Positions 37,513-52,264 of a stretch of 64,000 bases of DNA are shown here, piece by piece. The stretch covers positions 4,588,001 through 4,652,000 of the forward strand of contig CP075493.1 of NCBI GenBank assembly GCA_021613535.1, read 5' to 3'. A program made the translations under genes and the position numbers. This DNA comes from Adineta vaga. Lineage: Eukaryota > Animalia > Rotifera. How positions within the stretch are numbered: position 1 is the stretch's first letter; every line of letters starts with the position of its first letter. The notes under the pieces are model-generated. The model was not told the origin of the DNA. It saw only the letters and a list, made by a program, of their open reading frames with translations, and ran no database searches.

Positions 37513-39398
37513 CTACCACCATAGGTACATTCTTTGATCTAAATATTCTATCGAATAATCATCAAGTAATGCTTCTTGATCAATCATTTTTCGAAATTTT
37601 TCAATCATTCGATAATTGATATTTCGACAACATAATGATGATAGATGATGATTACATGGTAATGCATTTTCCGATGAATTGATAGATTGCATTTTGGAAC
37701 AAGATAAACAATTCGTATATTCGTGTTTCCAAAAATGATGATTTTTTAAATGTATCGATGGTGACTGACGATCTTTATGAGTTCGATTTGTATATTTCCA
37801 TAAAAGATAATAAAGAATGATTTGTAAATTTTCTAGATCGACTTCAATATCAAGACTTTGAATTGTTGGACAAAATCGAAGAAGAATTTGAATATCATCA
37901 AGAATACATTGATTGAGAATAGTAACTTCAAGGATGGTATTTCGATTCATTGTCAATTGATTCGTTTGCGATTGTGGTGAAGATAGATAGAGTATCGTTT
38001 TTGGTATTGTTAAAGATTGTAGATTAGGAAAATGATTGGAAAATGAAAGTAGATGTTCGAATCGAAAGTTATTATCAGTAATAATTAGTTCCGTAAGTTG
38101 TAGTGCAGGAAATAATTGTGGAAGTTGAAATATAAATGAAAATATTTGAGTTTGATCTCCATCGGATAAAGTCAATCGAGTTACCCGTGAAAATTGAGTA
38201 CCATCTTCAGTAATTGGTTCATAACTATGAAAATGAATATCAGAAGCGAGATTCAAACTAGTAGGAGTGGCCTGAATAGTATTTTCATAGATATCATATT
38301 GTTGCCATCTATAAATATAAGAAAGATCGAATGATAATGTATACTCGATATTTCTTACCTGTATGGTTTTATTGAATGAAATTTTATCCAAGAAGATCCA
38401 TCATTACATGTATAAAGTTGATATTTAAACAACCATCCTTTTTCTAACCAAAAGGATGAATTAAATCCTTCCACAAGTGTGCAATATATCTCAAATTCTT
38501 CGAATTCCTCATTAATAATTGATTGATATTGAAGGTAGAATCGCTGTAAACAAGGCATTTGAGAACGGATCAATTGTTCCCAACGATCAGCATATAAATA
38601 TTCCAGATCCGATTTGGTAGATACAGATAAAACTTGAAATTGATGACGAAAACTACAAATAAACCATTCAAATTCATCGAAGGATGTCATTTCTAATTGA
38701 AAATGCAGTTGAACTAAATTCATTGGTATGATCGATATTTCTGATAAAGTATTATTTGAAAGAGAAATTTTACATGATAAATATTTTAATTGTGGTGTAA
38801 AAGCAAGAATTTCAAGTAATTCATTGAGATTACATGTACTCTCGATAATTAAATATTCAAGTGAACTGTATTGAATATTCGTTAATGATATGATATAATC
38901 TTGATTCCAAGTTTCAATCGATAATTTACAATATTTCAATGAAGATAATGGAATAATTAGAAAATAAATAAAATCTCGTGATCGAATTTCATCAATCGTT
39001 GTGATTGTTAAAGAAGAAAGACGTGGTAGTGAAATTAAATTAGTTAAAATATCCACAAGATTATCAGATTTGACATTGTATAAGATTAAAGTTTCAAATC
39101 GAATAAATGTTGAATTAAAAGAAATTCTTTTGAAAAATTCATCGATAAGAAGATGATGAGACAAACAAAGAGATTGAATACGATGTATATTTGGTTGTAC
39201 AATAGAATTACATCGATGTTGAAATGTTTTTTTTGATAATAAAGAAAAATTGAATGCTAATGGTATCGTTGAATAATGAATTAATTGATAAAATCGATTA
39301 TTTAGTTGAGCAAATGTTTCATATGTATAACAAATATCAAAATAATCGAATATTTCATAGAAAAGTTCATTAGAAAGATCTTCGAAACAGGTAGTCAT
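37513..39398 (-). CDS. F-box/LRR-like protein (lineage-expanded type)
   Basis: MTTCFEDLSNELFYEIFDY F-box-like start; degenerate LRRs; RWEQLI...FW motif; GT-AG intron near 38309-38357 joins ORFs 38355-39479 and 37513-38391. Confidence 0.75.
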
Positions 39399-39710
39399 TG
39401 ATGTTAGAGAGAAAAAAAGGAAATTTTTGCATAACAAATACAAGCCTTTTATGTTTTTCTTTCTATTCTCAGTAGACAAAAAAGCACGTGTATAATGATC
39501 GACATTATTTACTGCAAAGAAATTCTTTGGTTACGTTCTGTTACTTGTAAATGTAATACTCTTTTTAGTATTAAGATTCGTCTAGTTCGAAATTGATCAA
39601 TGATTTAATAAATCAATAACTTCTTTCTATCGAGAAGTTCATAAGAATACAATTAAACGTAAACGGTCTTAAATACTATTTAATAGATTGATATGAGTGT
39701 TCTATAGAAT

Positions 39711-42700
39711 TTATTTCGTATGTTGTTTAGTTTCAGTTTGAATAATTGATCCGCTATTTGTTGAGGGTGTTGATCGACGAAACTGTGTGATCTTTGTCAA
39801 ACGTTTACTTAAATCTGTTGCATGCCATTCATTTGAATACAAAGATGAAGGAGATATATAGAGAAAAAAACTGCTCAATTGAGGAATAAATGATGTAAAA
39901 TAGGAGATAATGAGAAGATAACGAATAGAACTTGTTTCAATTGTTTGACAAACAAGTGTTAATGAAGCAATAAATAGAGGTAATGAGAACAATTGAGGAA
40001 CAAGTGTAACAGCTGGTCCAATAACTAATTCTTTATTTTCATGAAGAACTTCACGAAGTAATTCAAAACGAGTTTGAAATCGAACTAGAAAGAGAAAATG
40101 AATTATTTTTATTCATCAATCAAATCAATATATATACCTTTGATATTCTTATCTGTATCGTTACTCATTGAAGTTGATGTTCTTTTAGTTTCATTCGAAA
40201 TCGAATCTAGAATTTTATTATTGTAAACTATTCAAATAGAAAATGTCTTCAAACTTACAAATATTTCCTTGACTAACAAGCATTTTATTCTTAATAACCA
40301 CATATGTAATCGTAATCATGGAACATAAATTTATCAAAAATGGTATCAATGCATTAATAATCGTAACACCTTGATGAAGATACATCCAAATCGAAGAATT
40401 TTGTGGAAATACTAGAATACATATAGCACTTTTACCATCATTAAAACCAGAATGTGATGAAACAAATGCTAATTCATAAGCGCCTGTTACAAGTATACAC
40501 ATCGTTGTTATAATAATTAAACGTCGAGCTATATACGGTTTTTTTAACCAACGTTTATTCAAAAATACAGTTGTATATACACGTTCAATGGCAATTAATG
40601 CAACTAACCAATATGTAATTCGACTTGATGTTTTTAATAAATAATTCAATACTGAACAACAAATTATATTTACAAGTGGATGAAAACGTCGACTTATAAT
40701 ATTGATGATTAAATGAATTAATCGTAATATTAATACAGTAAGATTAATTTGATTGATTATACTCATAAATAATAAATATTGTCCACTACCATATCGTCGA
40801 CATTTTGGTCGACGAAAAGTAACAAAAGAAAAAATATTATTTACAAAACCGAAAAGAAACATCAATGATGAACCAAAGATTAATAAATACATCGTTGTAT
40901 ATCGAATAATTGAATGATTTGATAGAAGATCTGCGGAAAATAATTGATCAAGTGTAAAAGAAAATGATTCAGAACTAAATTGACAAAATTTTCCCGAATG
41001 ACACGGCAAACAAATACAAAGATAATCATCGGCTCGTAAACGATTACCTTGAATACATCGTCCACTAGCCATACAATTCGAACATCGATCAGAAGAATGA
41101 TCGTATACAAAACATTCGGCACGTATATGATTTTCATCACAAATACATAAATAATTCATATCATGAAAACATAATAATAATTTCGTTCTATTTCGACAAA
41201 GATAATGATACTTAAATGGAGAGATTTCATCTTCATGCACTTGAAATAATTTATTGACATGATGACAACGATTCATGTCTGTAATTTCAACTGTCGCATT
41301 GAATGATGAAGCATTGATATAAACCGAAATTAAATGTATCGACATTTGTAATTTTGTATAGAGTTTAATTACAATAATTTCTGATGTTTTACTCTTCTTT
41401 TCATGTCGATAGAATATAGATGATGGAAGTTGTTTGAATAAACGTTGATAATCAAGTTCAAGTTCAAGATTAGAATAATCAATACTAAAATATTGAATAA
41501 TAGCACCATCATGTTCAAAACTTTTGTTTACATTTAAACGAATAACATCTCGTTCGATTTCACAATTTGTACCTTGATAGGATGTTTTACAAACACAAAA
41601 ATAACGATCAGGTGTAGCTGATTGAAAACATGTACCATTATTTTGACAAGGATTCGAATTACATTGTTCTTGTTCTAAAGTACATTGAAATCCATAGTAA
41701 TTTTTCGGACAAATACAATATGGAAGTTCATTTCGATTTAATAAACCTCGATACATGGGTTTACATAGAGCATTTGTTGAACAATAACCATTCATACATG
41801 TTTGATCTAATTGTGAACAATTCGTACCGGAATAATTTTCTTTACAAAGACAAATATAATCGGATTTTTTATTGAGAATTTGTTGACAGATTTGATGTTT
41901 ACCACAAGGACTACTTAAACATGGATTTCCGATGATTTGTAGTTGAGTTAAATGAAGTACTTTGGCAAAACGATACGATGGAAGAAAATCGAAATAGATC
42001 GGATATTGCCATACAGCGATTAACTCAGCTTTTTCATTCATTTTTATATCATATGCTTCAATTCGAACTGCATAGGGATGTTCATTAATAATATTCGATC
42101 GATTGAAATAACGTGATCGTTTATGAAATAAGGATTGATTGGAATGAGAATAAACAACATGATCGATTTTTTTATAATAACTTGTCATTTCAGCTGATGG
42201 ACGAGCATGAAATTCATATGAACTTAAGATTTTCTTTTCAAATGTAAACAGAACAAGCATTTTAAGAAAAATTGTTGAATCTCGAGTTGTTGTATAGATT
42301 GATTGTGAAAAATTCATATGAAACATAAGGGTAATTCGATCATTATAATATTGACAACGATCACCATAATATTGTTGAGGACAAAAGCAAACAATAGATT
42401 TATTTTGTGTAAATATACCAATACCACGATTACATTGATAAGATACGGATGAAGAGGATATATTTAGAGAATCTGTTGAAATTAAATTTTTAAATTCTCG
42501 TGTTGTAGATGAATTGATCGATATGGTTTTATTTGTCTGAACAGGAAATCGTGGTAGTTGAAAAAGTTGAGATTTATAATCAAGATGAATTTCTTTACTT
42601 CTTCGATGTATAGATTCGATGATTTTCTTTGGAGATTCGTTGTGTGTATAGCATAGATATTCATCTTCACCATGTGTACATTTTGGTATATTATCACACC

Positions 42701-45134
42701 AACTTTGCCTTGCACATTTGCCATCAAAACATGTAAAATCTAGATAAGGATCTGAACAATTTGGAAAGCGTTCTTTACCGTAACAAACGATATTATCATC
42801 GACTGGATTCGGACAACGTACATCACAAATGGATAAATAAGGAATACAAGTATCACTTGTTAAACATTTAAAATTTCGTCCAAGCATGGTTGTTCGATGG
42901 CAGAAATCTTCAGAATTTTGTTCATCTATTGCACCTAAACAATCAATATGACCATCGCCAAGTTTTTCTAATTTGATACAAGGTCGATTTGTACCATTTA
43001 TATTATATAATGGATCTGACGAGTTAATTCCATAACATGGAAATTCTGTTTCATAATCACAGATTGACATTAATGGTTTTTTCTTGTATAAACCTTCAAA
43101 TCTTGTTTGAATATCAGCTGACTTAATTAGTTTGTTATTTCGAGGTGAAAATGCATTATTCAAAATAAGAAGTCCTTCTTCATCAGATGCATCTGAGCAA
43201 TCCCATTCTTCATCTAAAACCCATTGAGGATCAATACATTGACCTGACCGACATCGCCATTGATTTTCTAAACATATCCACCATTGTTGACATAATTTTG
43301 AATCTTCATCTTTTTTCGAAGAAAAATCCCAAAAACTATCACAATAAGAACGAAATGGTATTGTTTTGCTTGAATTCATATTATCAATAAAGTTTCCATC
43401 ATTGTTCCATGATGTTTCAATATATTGACGAAGTAATTGACAATCATCTTTTGAAGTCTTCTTACATGTCAACTTTGATAGAGTTAAATCTGTACCCATC
43501 CATGATTCATCATAACGATTTTCACAATCTATATCGAAATTACCAAGACTACTAATATATAAACAAGTTGATTGATTTACTGAACATCGAAAACGATGAT
43601 GTTTATTAATTGAACATAAATTTGAACTTAATTTTGTTGATTTTTCATCATATCCATCTAAACAATTCATATATCCATCTTGTATTCGATAAGTTGAAAT
43701 ACATTCTCGAGAATCATGACATACATCAATAAAATTGTATGATCGATTATTAAATGTTCGTGAATTATTATGACAATGTTTATGATAACCAGAATTAGTC
43801 AATATCGTACGATTCTTTTCTGATTTACAAGCTTCTAGTTCGAATTGACGAAGATTAAAATTATCTTTGTATTCTTGTATCTTTTGATAGTTAACAGTAT
43901 ATCCTCGACATTTGATCGTTGCATTGATTTGCATCAAATCTGGAGTATATTCCAGCCAATTACGTGATTTTTTATAAAGAAGATTCACATACGGAGCAAT
44001 GATGGCACCATGAGGATATTGAATAGACATATTCAAACAAGGATTTTCGATTTCGTTGTAACAGTAACGATCATTAAGTTTACATTGGCAACCTTCTTCA
44101 CCTCCTTGTGTCAATGCACATTTGATGAAATAAACACATGGATCAATCTTATTTTCTTCTATATATTCTTTTCCACCATCTTGTGAAAAACATTTTCCAT
44201 TTGGCAATGTCCACATTTGTAGTTTTGAATGAGTTTCACACATAAAATATTGATCACGTCGATTCATACATGTTGTTAATGTAATCGATGATTTTTGAAA
44301 AGCTAATCGATCGGAAATACATTGTCCATCTCCACATGACCAATAATTTGGTAAACATATTCGTTCATCACATTCTAAACTTATTTCTTGAAAAGCACAT
44401 AGTCCATTATCAAAAGTTCCTTTTTCATCTGATAAGTCCATACAATCATATTCTCCATCGAGAAAATATTCATTTGGAATACACATTCCATTCATACAAC
44501 GATATTCATACCATTCACATTCATCAAATTCTAATCGATCACAATTTTCTTCATCATAACCAAACATACATTGTTGAACACCATCACAAATATCACGCCA
44601 ATCAAGACATAATAAACCCGAATTACATTCTAATGTTGTATAACATAGAATATCACTATCTTTCTGTGCTTGATCTTGATTCTCTTTCTTCATATTCATT
44701 TCACCAAGTACAGTTTCAGAAAATGTCGTACCTATTGGTAATACATATTCACAATATTTACCAAATGATTGTAAATGCATATTACATTGACATAGATAAT
44801 TATTATTCTTCTCATTTGGTGCTTGAACATAGTATGCATATTGTCCAACCATTTCTAATGTTGACTTCCATTCATATGTAATAGTACTAACACTTATATT
44901 CTTTGACAACAATTCTGAAAATGAATGATAGATTCCATCGTGATCACATTTTTTAATCTGATTTTCTCGACGTAAGACAATTGGTATTTCAGGTCGACGA
45001 CAATAAATCAGTGTTTGATGAAATAAACAATCATAAAATTCCACTGATGGACCATCTTCTGTATAATAAAGAAAGATTTTCGCTTCAATGACGATTAGAA
45101 TAATGACAAGTAATACAAATTGTATGATTATCAT
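39711..45134 (-). CDS. Giant receptor: LDL-receptor class A repeats plus EGF repeats plus C-terminal 7TM
   Basis: Signal peptide; LDLa motifs (CDGVQQCMFGYDEENC, DGEYDCMDLSDE, WDCSDASDE); EGF repeats (CNSNPCQNNGTC...CVCKTSYQGTNC); 7TM with IAIERVY. Two short introns near 40207-40258 and 40085-40137 connect to the last exon. Confidence 0.85.
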
Positions 45135-45426
45135 ATTGTATGAAACTAACAATCAAATACAGATTTATTAGTAATTCTAAGTTCAGTTTTTATCACGTCT
45201 ATCAACATGTATTTATTCAGATAATATAAAACGTGTTAAAACAATTCTAGAATACGTAACATATATAATTTCAAAAGATATCTATGCCAATAAAATAGAA
45301 GATAACATAAATGCAAGAAACTATGTCATTATTTATTTTCTTCTTTTTTTTTGACAAAAAAATGTTTTTTTAAAATAATATTTCTTTATGAGAATTAGTG
45401 GATATGTTGCTTGTGATCAATGAAAT

Positions 45427-47297
45427 TCATTGAATAGCACATCGTGAACGAAATTTATAACAGCCAGATTTAATAGGTGTATCATCGAAACTTTCGTCTA
45501 TTGAAATATCATCCATAATCTATAATATAAATATTAACCTATTGAGAAGATATGAAAGAGAGTATTTACTTTAGTTCCACCGATAGATAATAAGATACAA
45601 CTGGATGTTATTCGATGCGTAAAATGAATCATTTTCAATCGAGGAATATTCTGTTTTAACCAGTATGATTTTATATGACTTAATGAATCTTGATAACAAT
45701 AGATTTTTATGAATTCTAAATAATGTAATTGATTGAGTAATTGTATAATAAGTTCTTTTGATTCGACGGTTATTTCTAAAAATTTAATATGAAAAAATAA
45801 ATGACAAAATCGATTGATATTATTTGTATTAAGAACAAAATTTTCGCGATCTTTTTGAACAAATATATACGATTCAATATGATAAGGAGGAATAAATAAT
45901 GGATCATATTGCATTTTAATACATTTTAAATTCTTCATTGAATGAATTAAACTTAGTAATTCATCATGTACAATATATTTTATTAATGAGATATCAAAAT
46001 GTTGAATTTGTTGAATATTTACAATGGATTGAAGGATTTCAATCGATGGTAAAGTTGATGTAAATAAAGTTAATGTATAAACATGTGTAAATGGTTGATA
46101 TGGTAATTGAACAAATTTATGATATGTTAAAATTAAATTTGTTGTTTGATTGAAAATGATGTCGTTCTTGTCCAAAGTTGAAATCAAAAGAAAATGATTT
46201 GATGGATAGAAAGTTAATGATGGTCGAAAATATGGTATAGAATAAAGAATTGGACGACTAGATTTTAAATTTCCTTTTTCACAAGCAACATACCAATGTT
46301 TCTCTTCAAGCCAAAAGTTTGAACGAAATGTTTCAAGTAATGAATGTTTATCCTGTTCACAAGTTAAAGAATTTGCCAGAAGAAATTTAAAATGAAATTT
46401 CTCTAATTTACGTCGATTTAGATATAATTCCCAAAGAGTACCATCCATTAAATCAAATGTGCCTGTTGCTTGAAGTGTTAAATGTATTAATTTTGATAAT
46501 TGATCAATTGATTGAATGAGTAAATCAAATGACATTAATATTTCTATAAATAAAAGAGACGAAATCAATCGATGAAGTAACTTACAAAGTGAAAAAGATC
46601 TTATTTGAATGATACCTTCCGAAAATGATAATGATAAATATCGAAGAGACTTTGTAATAGATTGAAAATTCAAGATCTTCTCATTGTCATCTTTAACAAG
46701 ATATAATTTCAAATAAATTAAAGATGATTGAAGTAAATCGATGATTTGATGATATTCTGTTATTGTACAATAATCGATTATGAGATGTGTTAATGACGGA
46801 AATGATGTATGAAGTGATCGAAATACATAAGATCCATCGACTTGTAAATAAGTTAAATATTGAGCTTGTTGATGAAGAATTTGATTGATAAGTTGATTTG
46901 TATTTGATGTTTTTAAATATGTTTTGATTGAGAGAGATGAAAGACATATGGGTAAATGCGATAGAATTGTTGATGTATTGATGTATTGAATTTGTTTTAA
47001 AGAAAGAAATTGTTGAGAAAAATTTGGAAACATTTTTCGAAATAATTCGACTTGATTCGGCATCATTTCTTCGGACAAACATAATGAAATGACTTGTGTT
47101 GGTTGAATAAATTGACAGATAAAATCAAATTTTGAACGAGATATTCGTTGAAAATCTAATTTTATTGGATATAATCGTACAATATCATTGATACGTAGAT
47201 TTAAATTGATCCATGCATAGAATATATCGTATACAGTTAAATAATCAAATATTTCAAAGAATATTTCTGTTGGTAATACATTGAGATCGATTTGCAT
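45427..47297 (-). CDS. F-box/LRR-like protein ending in a CaaX box (CAIQ)
   Basis: MQIDLNVLPTEIFFEIFDYL F-box-like start. Likely in-frame intron near 46545-46616; intron 45520-45569 gives last exon IMDDISIDESFDDTPIKSGCYKFRSRCAIQ*. Confidence 0.75.
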
Positions 47298-48020
47298 TTT
47301 ATCACGTTTGTTAAAATCAAATTATCAACAGGTAAAAAACCTTGATTACATAAAGCGAGTATGGTATACGAAGAAGAAAAAAAAAGGTATACGAAAAGGT
47401 ACAGAAACGAAGAAAAAAAAACGGTATGTATTCAGTTGATTGTCAATATGAATCATACTAGATTAATCTTAGTTGCATTTATTTTTCCTTCAGATTCTCA
47501 ATCAATGCTAATCATTCGATAAAATACGATAGGTAATTGTGAGACAAAAAGAAAACGATTACTATTTAACTTCGAATGAAGTCATATATTTCTTGAAAGA
47601 AGAAATGACATAGTCTGTCACCTTTAATTATGTGATAAAAATTAATTAAATGAATTGTATCGTGTGATAGTTACATCCACAATGAATATAATCTATTAGG
47701 ATATTTTGTGGTGTAAAGTCGTTTTTGATGTGTTAATAGTTCATTTGATAGATTGATATAATGATTGTATATTTAGAATTTTATTTTTCGTTTTTGATGA
47801 AAAGTGTATGGCAGGTTATCACTGTTTTTATCTTTAATCATATATTCTGTTGATAAAAAAAAGTTTCAATATACGAATGAGTTACATTCCCGATTATTTT
47901 TGTAAAATAGGTCACTTCATATGTTTGCATTTAATCAGAAAGATTTAGTATAGAATTTTTATTGACAATAGCTCAAGTTTTAGTTTGTCTATCTAATAGA
48001 AAATATAAAAAAAGAAACAT

Positions 48021-49224
48021 TTATTTTTTACGATTGCTCCATTTTTGAAAGATACGTGATGATTGTTCTTCGTTGACTGCTTCATCTTCCATAAGATCAT
48101 AAGATGCAGCTGCAGTTGGCATAGCACATGCTGGAGCATGCGAAGTTGGTTTCGATGAAAATTTCATTTGCATTTCGCTCATATCAGCACATTTTGAATA
48201 GGATTCTTTGGCCAAAGATGACATAGCACCATGTTCATTTTTCATTTGTTTAGCACGAATATTTTTGGAAGCAAAAATATTATTGATTCGTTTTGCTTTT
48301 TCCTTTTCATCAACGCCTTCGGCTTCTGCTCGTTGCATTTCACGATCAATATCAGCTTGAGCGTCTTGCATCAAACGATCAAGTGATATTTCTTCACGTA
48401 CACCACCAATAATAACTTTTGATAGAAGCTTTGCATTTACCATAGGAACATATTGACCACCGGTGATATAAGCCAATGACATGAAAAAATCACGATAAGG
48501 AACTAATAGAGACCAAAAAACATATCATCTGATACTTGAAATAATAATGATGAGAACTTACCAATGGGTGGTTCGACACCAACAACATAGAGTGTAATAT
48601 GTTTTTCGGCCATTTCTCGAACGATTTTTAATGGATCGAGGCCAGCAGGACAACCATTTGGAAAACTATCACCACTTAGATCAAGTCCATGAGGTGGTGC
48701 ATCCGATATAAGTACACAAATTTTTGTTGAATTTTCACGCCATGTTAATTTAAGAACATCATGAAGACCATCAGCAACAGCTTCAGGTCCATCACCGCCA
48801 CCTTGTGCTGAACATTGTTCTAACCAACCTTTCATTTCACTAACTTTTGCTGTAAAATCATGTACACGTGTGACAAAAGTTGTATCCTATGATGAATAGA
48901 GAAATACAATTTTAATTTGAAATTACGTCATTTTAACTGAAACATACTTGTGGAGGATGATCACGATACTCAACGAGAGCTAATCGAATATCACTTTTTT
49001 CGCTAACAACAATTTCTTCGACAATAGAACGAATACTATTTGTTGCACTGGCAATATAGGATCCCATAGAACCCGTACAATCCATGACAAAAACAAGATC
49101 TAAATAGATTTATTCAAAAAAAAGATTTGATTTTCTAACAAGAATAAAACATACCGAGAATAGTAGAATCATGTTTAGCCAATTCTGGTCGATCGATTTT
49201 TTCAGTTTTAAGAGCTGCAGCCAT
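48021..49224 (-). CDS. vWA (MIDAS) domain protein, VwkA/alpha-kinase-associated vWA type, stand-alone
   Basis: Spliced MAAALKTEK...IL|DLVFVMDCTGSMGSYI...LVEYRDHPPQ|DTTFVT...GGGDGPEAVADGL...VLISDAPPHG; three introns. Confidence 0.85.
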
Positions 49225-49737
49225 AGTTAAAATGATGAGAAGTTTTGTTTTACAAACGGTAAGCAAGAAAGCATGAAGAGTGATATTTTATAGAGGTAGC
49301 TGCCTTTTATACTTTATTCTGTTCTATCAAAAGTTACTCTTGATTGTGTAAGTTATTCCTCACCAGTGAGTCATAGATAGAGTATGACATCGAATGAATC
49401 ATCTCTTGACAATGTGGCAAAGAAAATCACATTCATTGTATATACAAACTTCTGTTGTTTTTGACTCACATCTGACTTAGAAAGAAGATCATTATTTTCC
49501 ACCATAAGATTATAAAACGAAAGATATTTTCTGACATCTCGGACTGTCTGAAAAAGATTGATGTGATATTTTGTATTACTCTGTAAGAAATCTTTTGAAT
49601 TACTTCAATCAATGCCACTGATGTTTATCATCGAAGTAAATTATTATTAAACTATATTTTCAAAGACTAAAAATTCACATAACTATTTTTATGTAAAAAT
49701 ATTCTAAATCTATCATCATCATTATCATAAAAATTTC

Positions 49738-51328
49738 TCATGTTTCCGTAATCGGAACAGTTAATTCTACATTTTTATGATGAGTTAATATCATATCTTG
49801 TTGTTCAGTATCTTCGTTACGTTTATGTTTATATTGCATTAAGTGCCAACGTTCAACAGGTAAATCTTGTAATTTATACATTAGTTTCCATGATGTTCCA
49901 AGCCAAATAAAACCGAGTAGAATACAAATGCCAACTTCAATAAAATAAGCATGTTGTTTTGGTAACCATTCAGCACTGTAAAATACTAAACTTGATGAAA
50001 CAAATGAGCCAAGGTTATTTAACGATGCGGCAATGTATAATATGTAGAACCGATACGTCTATCGCTGATATATGCAAAGAAAGCACCACGTGCTGCACCT
50101 TGAAAATAAACTAATGCATCATTTAAAGCGAGTAAAATGATAAGAAGAAAATAAAAAAGTATTGGATAAGATTGAAAAGATGAAATAAAAAAAATGAATA
50201 AAGCAATTAATAAACACAAAATAAGACGAGGTATATGAAAATAACTAAAGATAATCAGTGATCGATCAGTTCGTGAAAGAAGAAGTGGTACAGTAACTTT
50301 GACAAGTATCAATGGCATTGTAATCAAACCAAGTGTTTCACGCTTGACCATATCTTGACTATAGTAACAAAACGAAAAGATTAACTGTACAATTTTCAAG
50401 ACTATTTCTTACCTAATCAACATGACATAAGTCATAGCAGATGTAGCAGCATAGCCAAAATGTGGTCCCATGATGAGATAAAGTAACTGAAGAAAATTTT
50501 TCTTTTTAAATAATCGTATAACATACATATATGTATCGAATAAGTTTAAATTCGAACGATTTTCAAGTTTATCAATAGCATTCGTTTTTTGATGATGTTT
50601 TCGAAAAACTATTGTAACAATCAATGTTGTTATTAAAAACATGATACCCCAAAAGCGTACAAATTGTGCTAAAGTAAATAATCCATGAGATTGTAAAGCA
50701 ATTCCGAATGGTTGACGAATGAGTTTATTCGTCATATTTGCTGATTCAAAAGTTAGAAGAATTGATGTACCAAGAAAAGTACCAAATGGTTGACCAATCA
50801 TTTGTGATATTGATTGCCAAATGATATTTGATGAACTAAATAGAGTTAATGCCCAACCATCAACACAAATATCTTGTGTTGCAATCAATACAACAATGAA
50901 AAAGAAGATCATTGTAAGTGTAGTAAGACGTAATTGCTCGATTAATTGTTCGAAATAAAATGAAAGAATGATAAGTATGATTCCAACAAGAATTTGAACA
51001 GGTAATAACCAAGTTTGTCGTCGGCCAAGTCGACGAATATAGAAAACATCAATAAGAGGAGCCCAAAGTAGTTTCACAGAAAATGGATACATGACAAATG
51101 ATAGCATTCCTTGTTGTTTCCATGTTGCACCATTTGAAGCTAAATAAAGTGGCATGATATCAATCATACCTATTGTTACACCTTGTAATATATAAAGTAC
51201 AAGTACAACAAGAATACATTTCCAAAGAGCAATTTGTGAACGAGTCTAAAGTAGATTACATTATATTTCTTAAAGAAAATAAATGAGATATGAGAAAATC
51301 TTACTTGATTATTAACTGATTCATTCAT
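49738..51328 (-). CDS. MFS acetyl-CoA transporter (SLC33A1/AT-1, AmpG family)-like; apparent 1-nt frameshift near 50029
   Basis: LYILQG, YPFSVKLLWAPLID, GRRQTWLLPVQ, ATQDICVDGWAL, ISDRRIGSTYYTL, then shifted frame ASLNNLGS...LQDLPVERWH...TET*. Confidence 0.85.
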
Positions 51329-52264
51329 ATTTTCAAATAAATTTATCAAAAGTTACGCTTATGCTTGATTTCTTTGATTTTATGTAGATTTATGATAATC
51401 TTCAATAATCTCTTGTTTTATACATACAACTATTTATAATTGATAATATATATATATACATAAGCTCAAGACAAAAACGAATATCGGTTAAGTAAATATA
51501 AATGTCATCAATTACATAAGAAAAATTCTAATCTTAATATGATCAAATTACCTTTATTAGAATATTTTCATAATCTAGTTGAAACTATTGATCTATCTAC
51601 TTGCAGGAACTTTTCCATGCATATACAACACATTCGGAAGTTTTGAAAAGATGAAATGTATCATTATTCCTTCGTTATTCAGATAGAACTAAGCGAATTT
51701 TGATTGCAGATTATCAATAATTTTTCCACCCATTAGTCTATACCCCTAGAAATCTAGCTTCTCTAAAGTATTGTTTATCACAATATCGAAATATTCTATC
51801 GGGATTGAATATGACAAGAGATTGACAGACTAAAACGTTATCATATCATTTTGTATACATTAACTTTGTGACGAGGTATTTTTTTTTATAAAGGTCATAT
51901 TCGTTTTCTTCTTCACCGTTTCGAAATGTTACTCGATTAGTAATCATTAGTACTCCTGTCTGAAGATGGCGTATATATATTTTCCGTAAGTATTATTTTT
52001 ACCACGCGGAAGTTCGCTAGAGTTCGCTCTAGAACGAATGATGAAAAGAAAAATATTAGTAGAGGATAAGAGTTTTCCAAGGAATGGTTACTTGAACGTT
52101 CGTCGCGCATAATAATAACTTCTTTTTTTTCTCTCTCTAAACATGTCGTAAACAGATCAAAGTTAAATATATTGATGGAAATCATATGAATAATTAATTT
52201 TCTTTCAGTTTAGATATATTTAAATATACTTCTAAAGTCAAGATGATATTCTTGATTTGGAAAA

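Noticed and set aside
40880-44881. Overlapping or antisense ORFs inside the giant receptor gene (e.g. 44288-44881) and similar short ORFs inside MTR, NOX and AUDH
   Set aside because: These are shadow frames of real coding sequence with no recognisable motifs.
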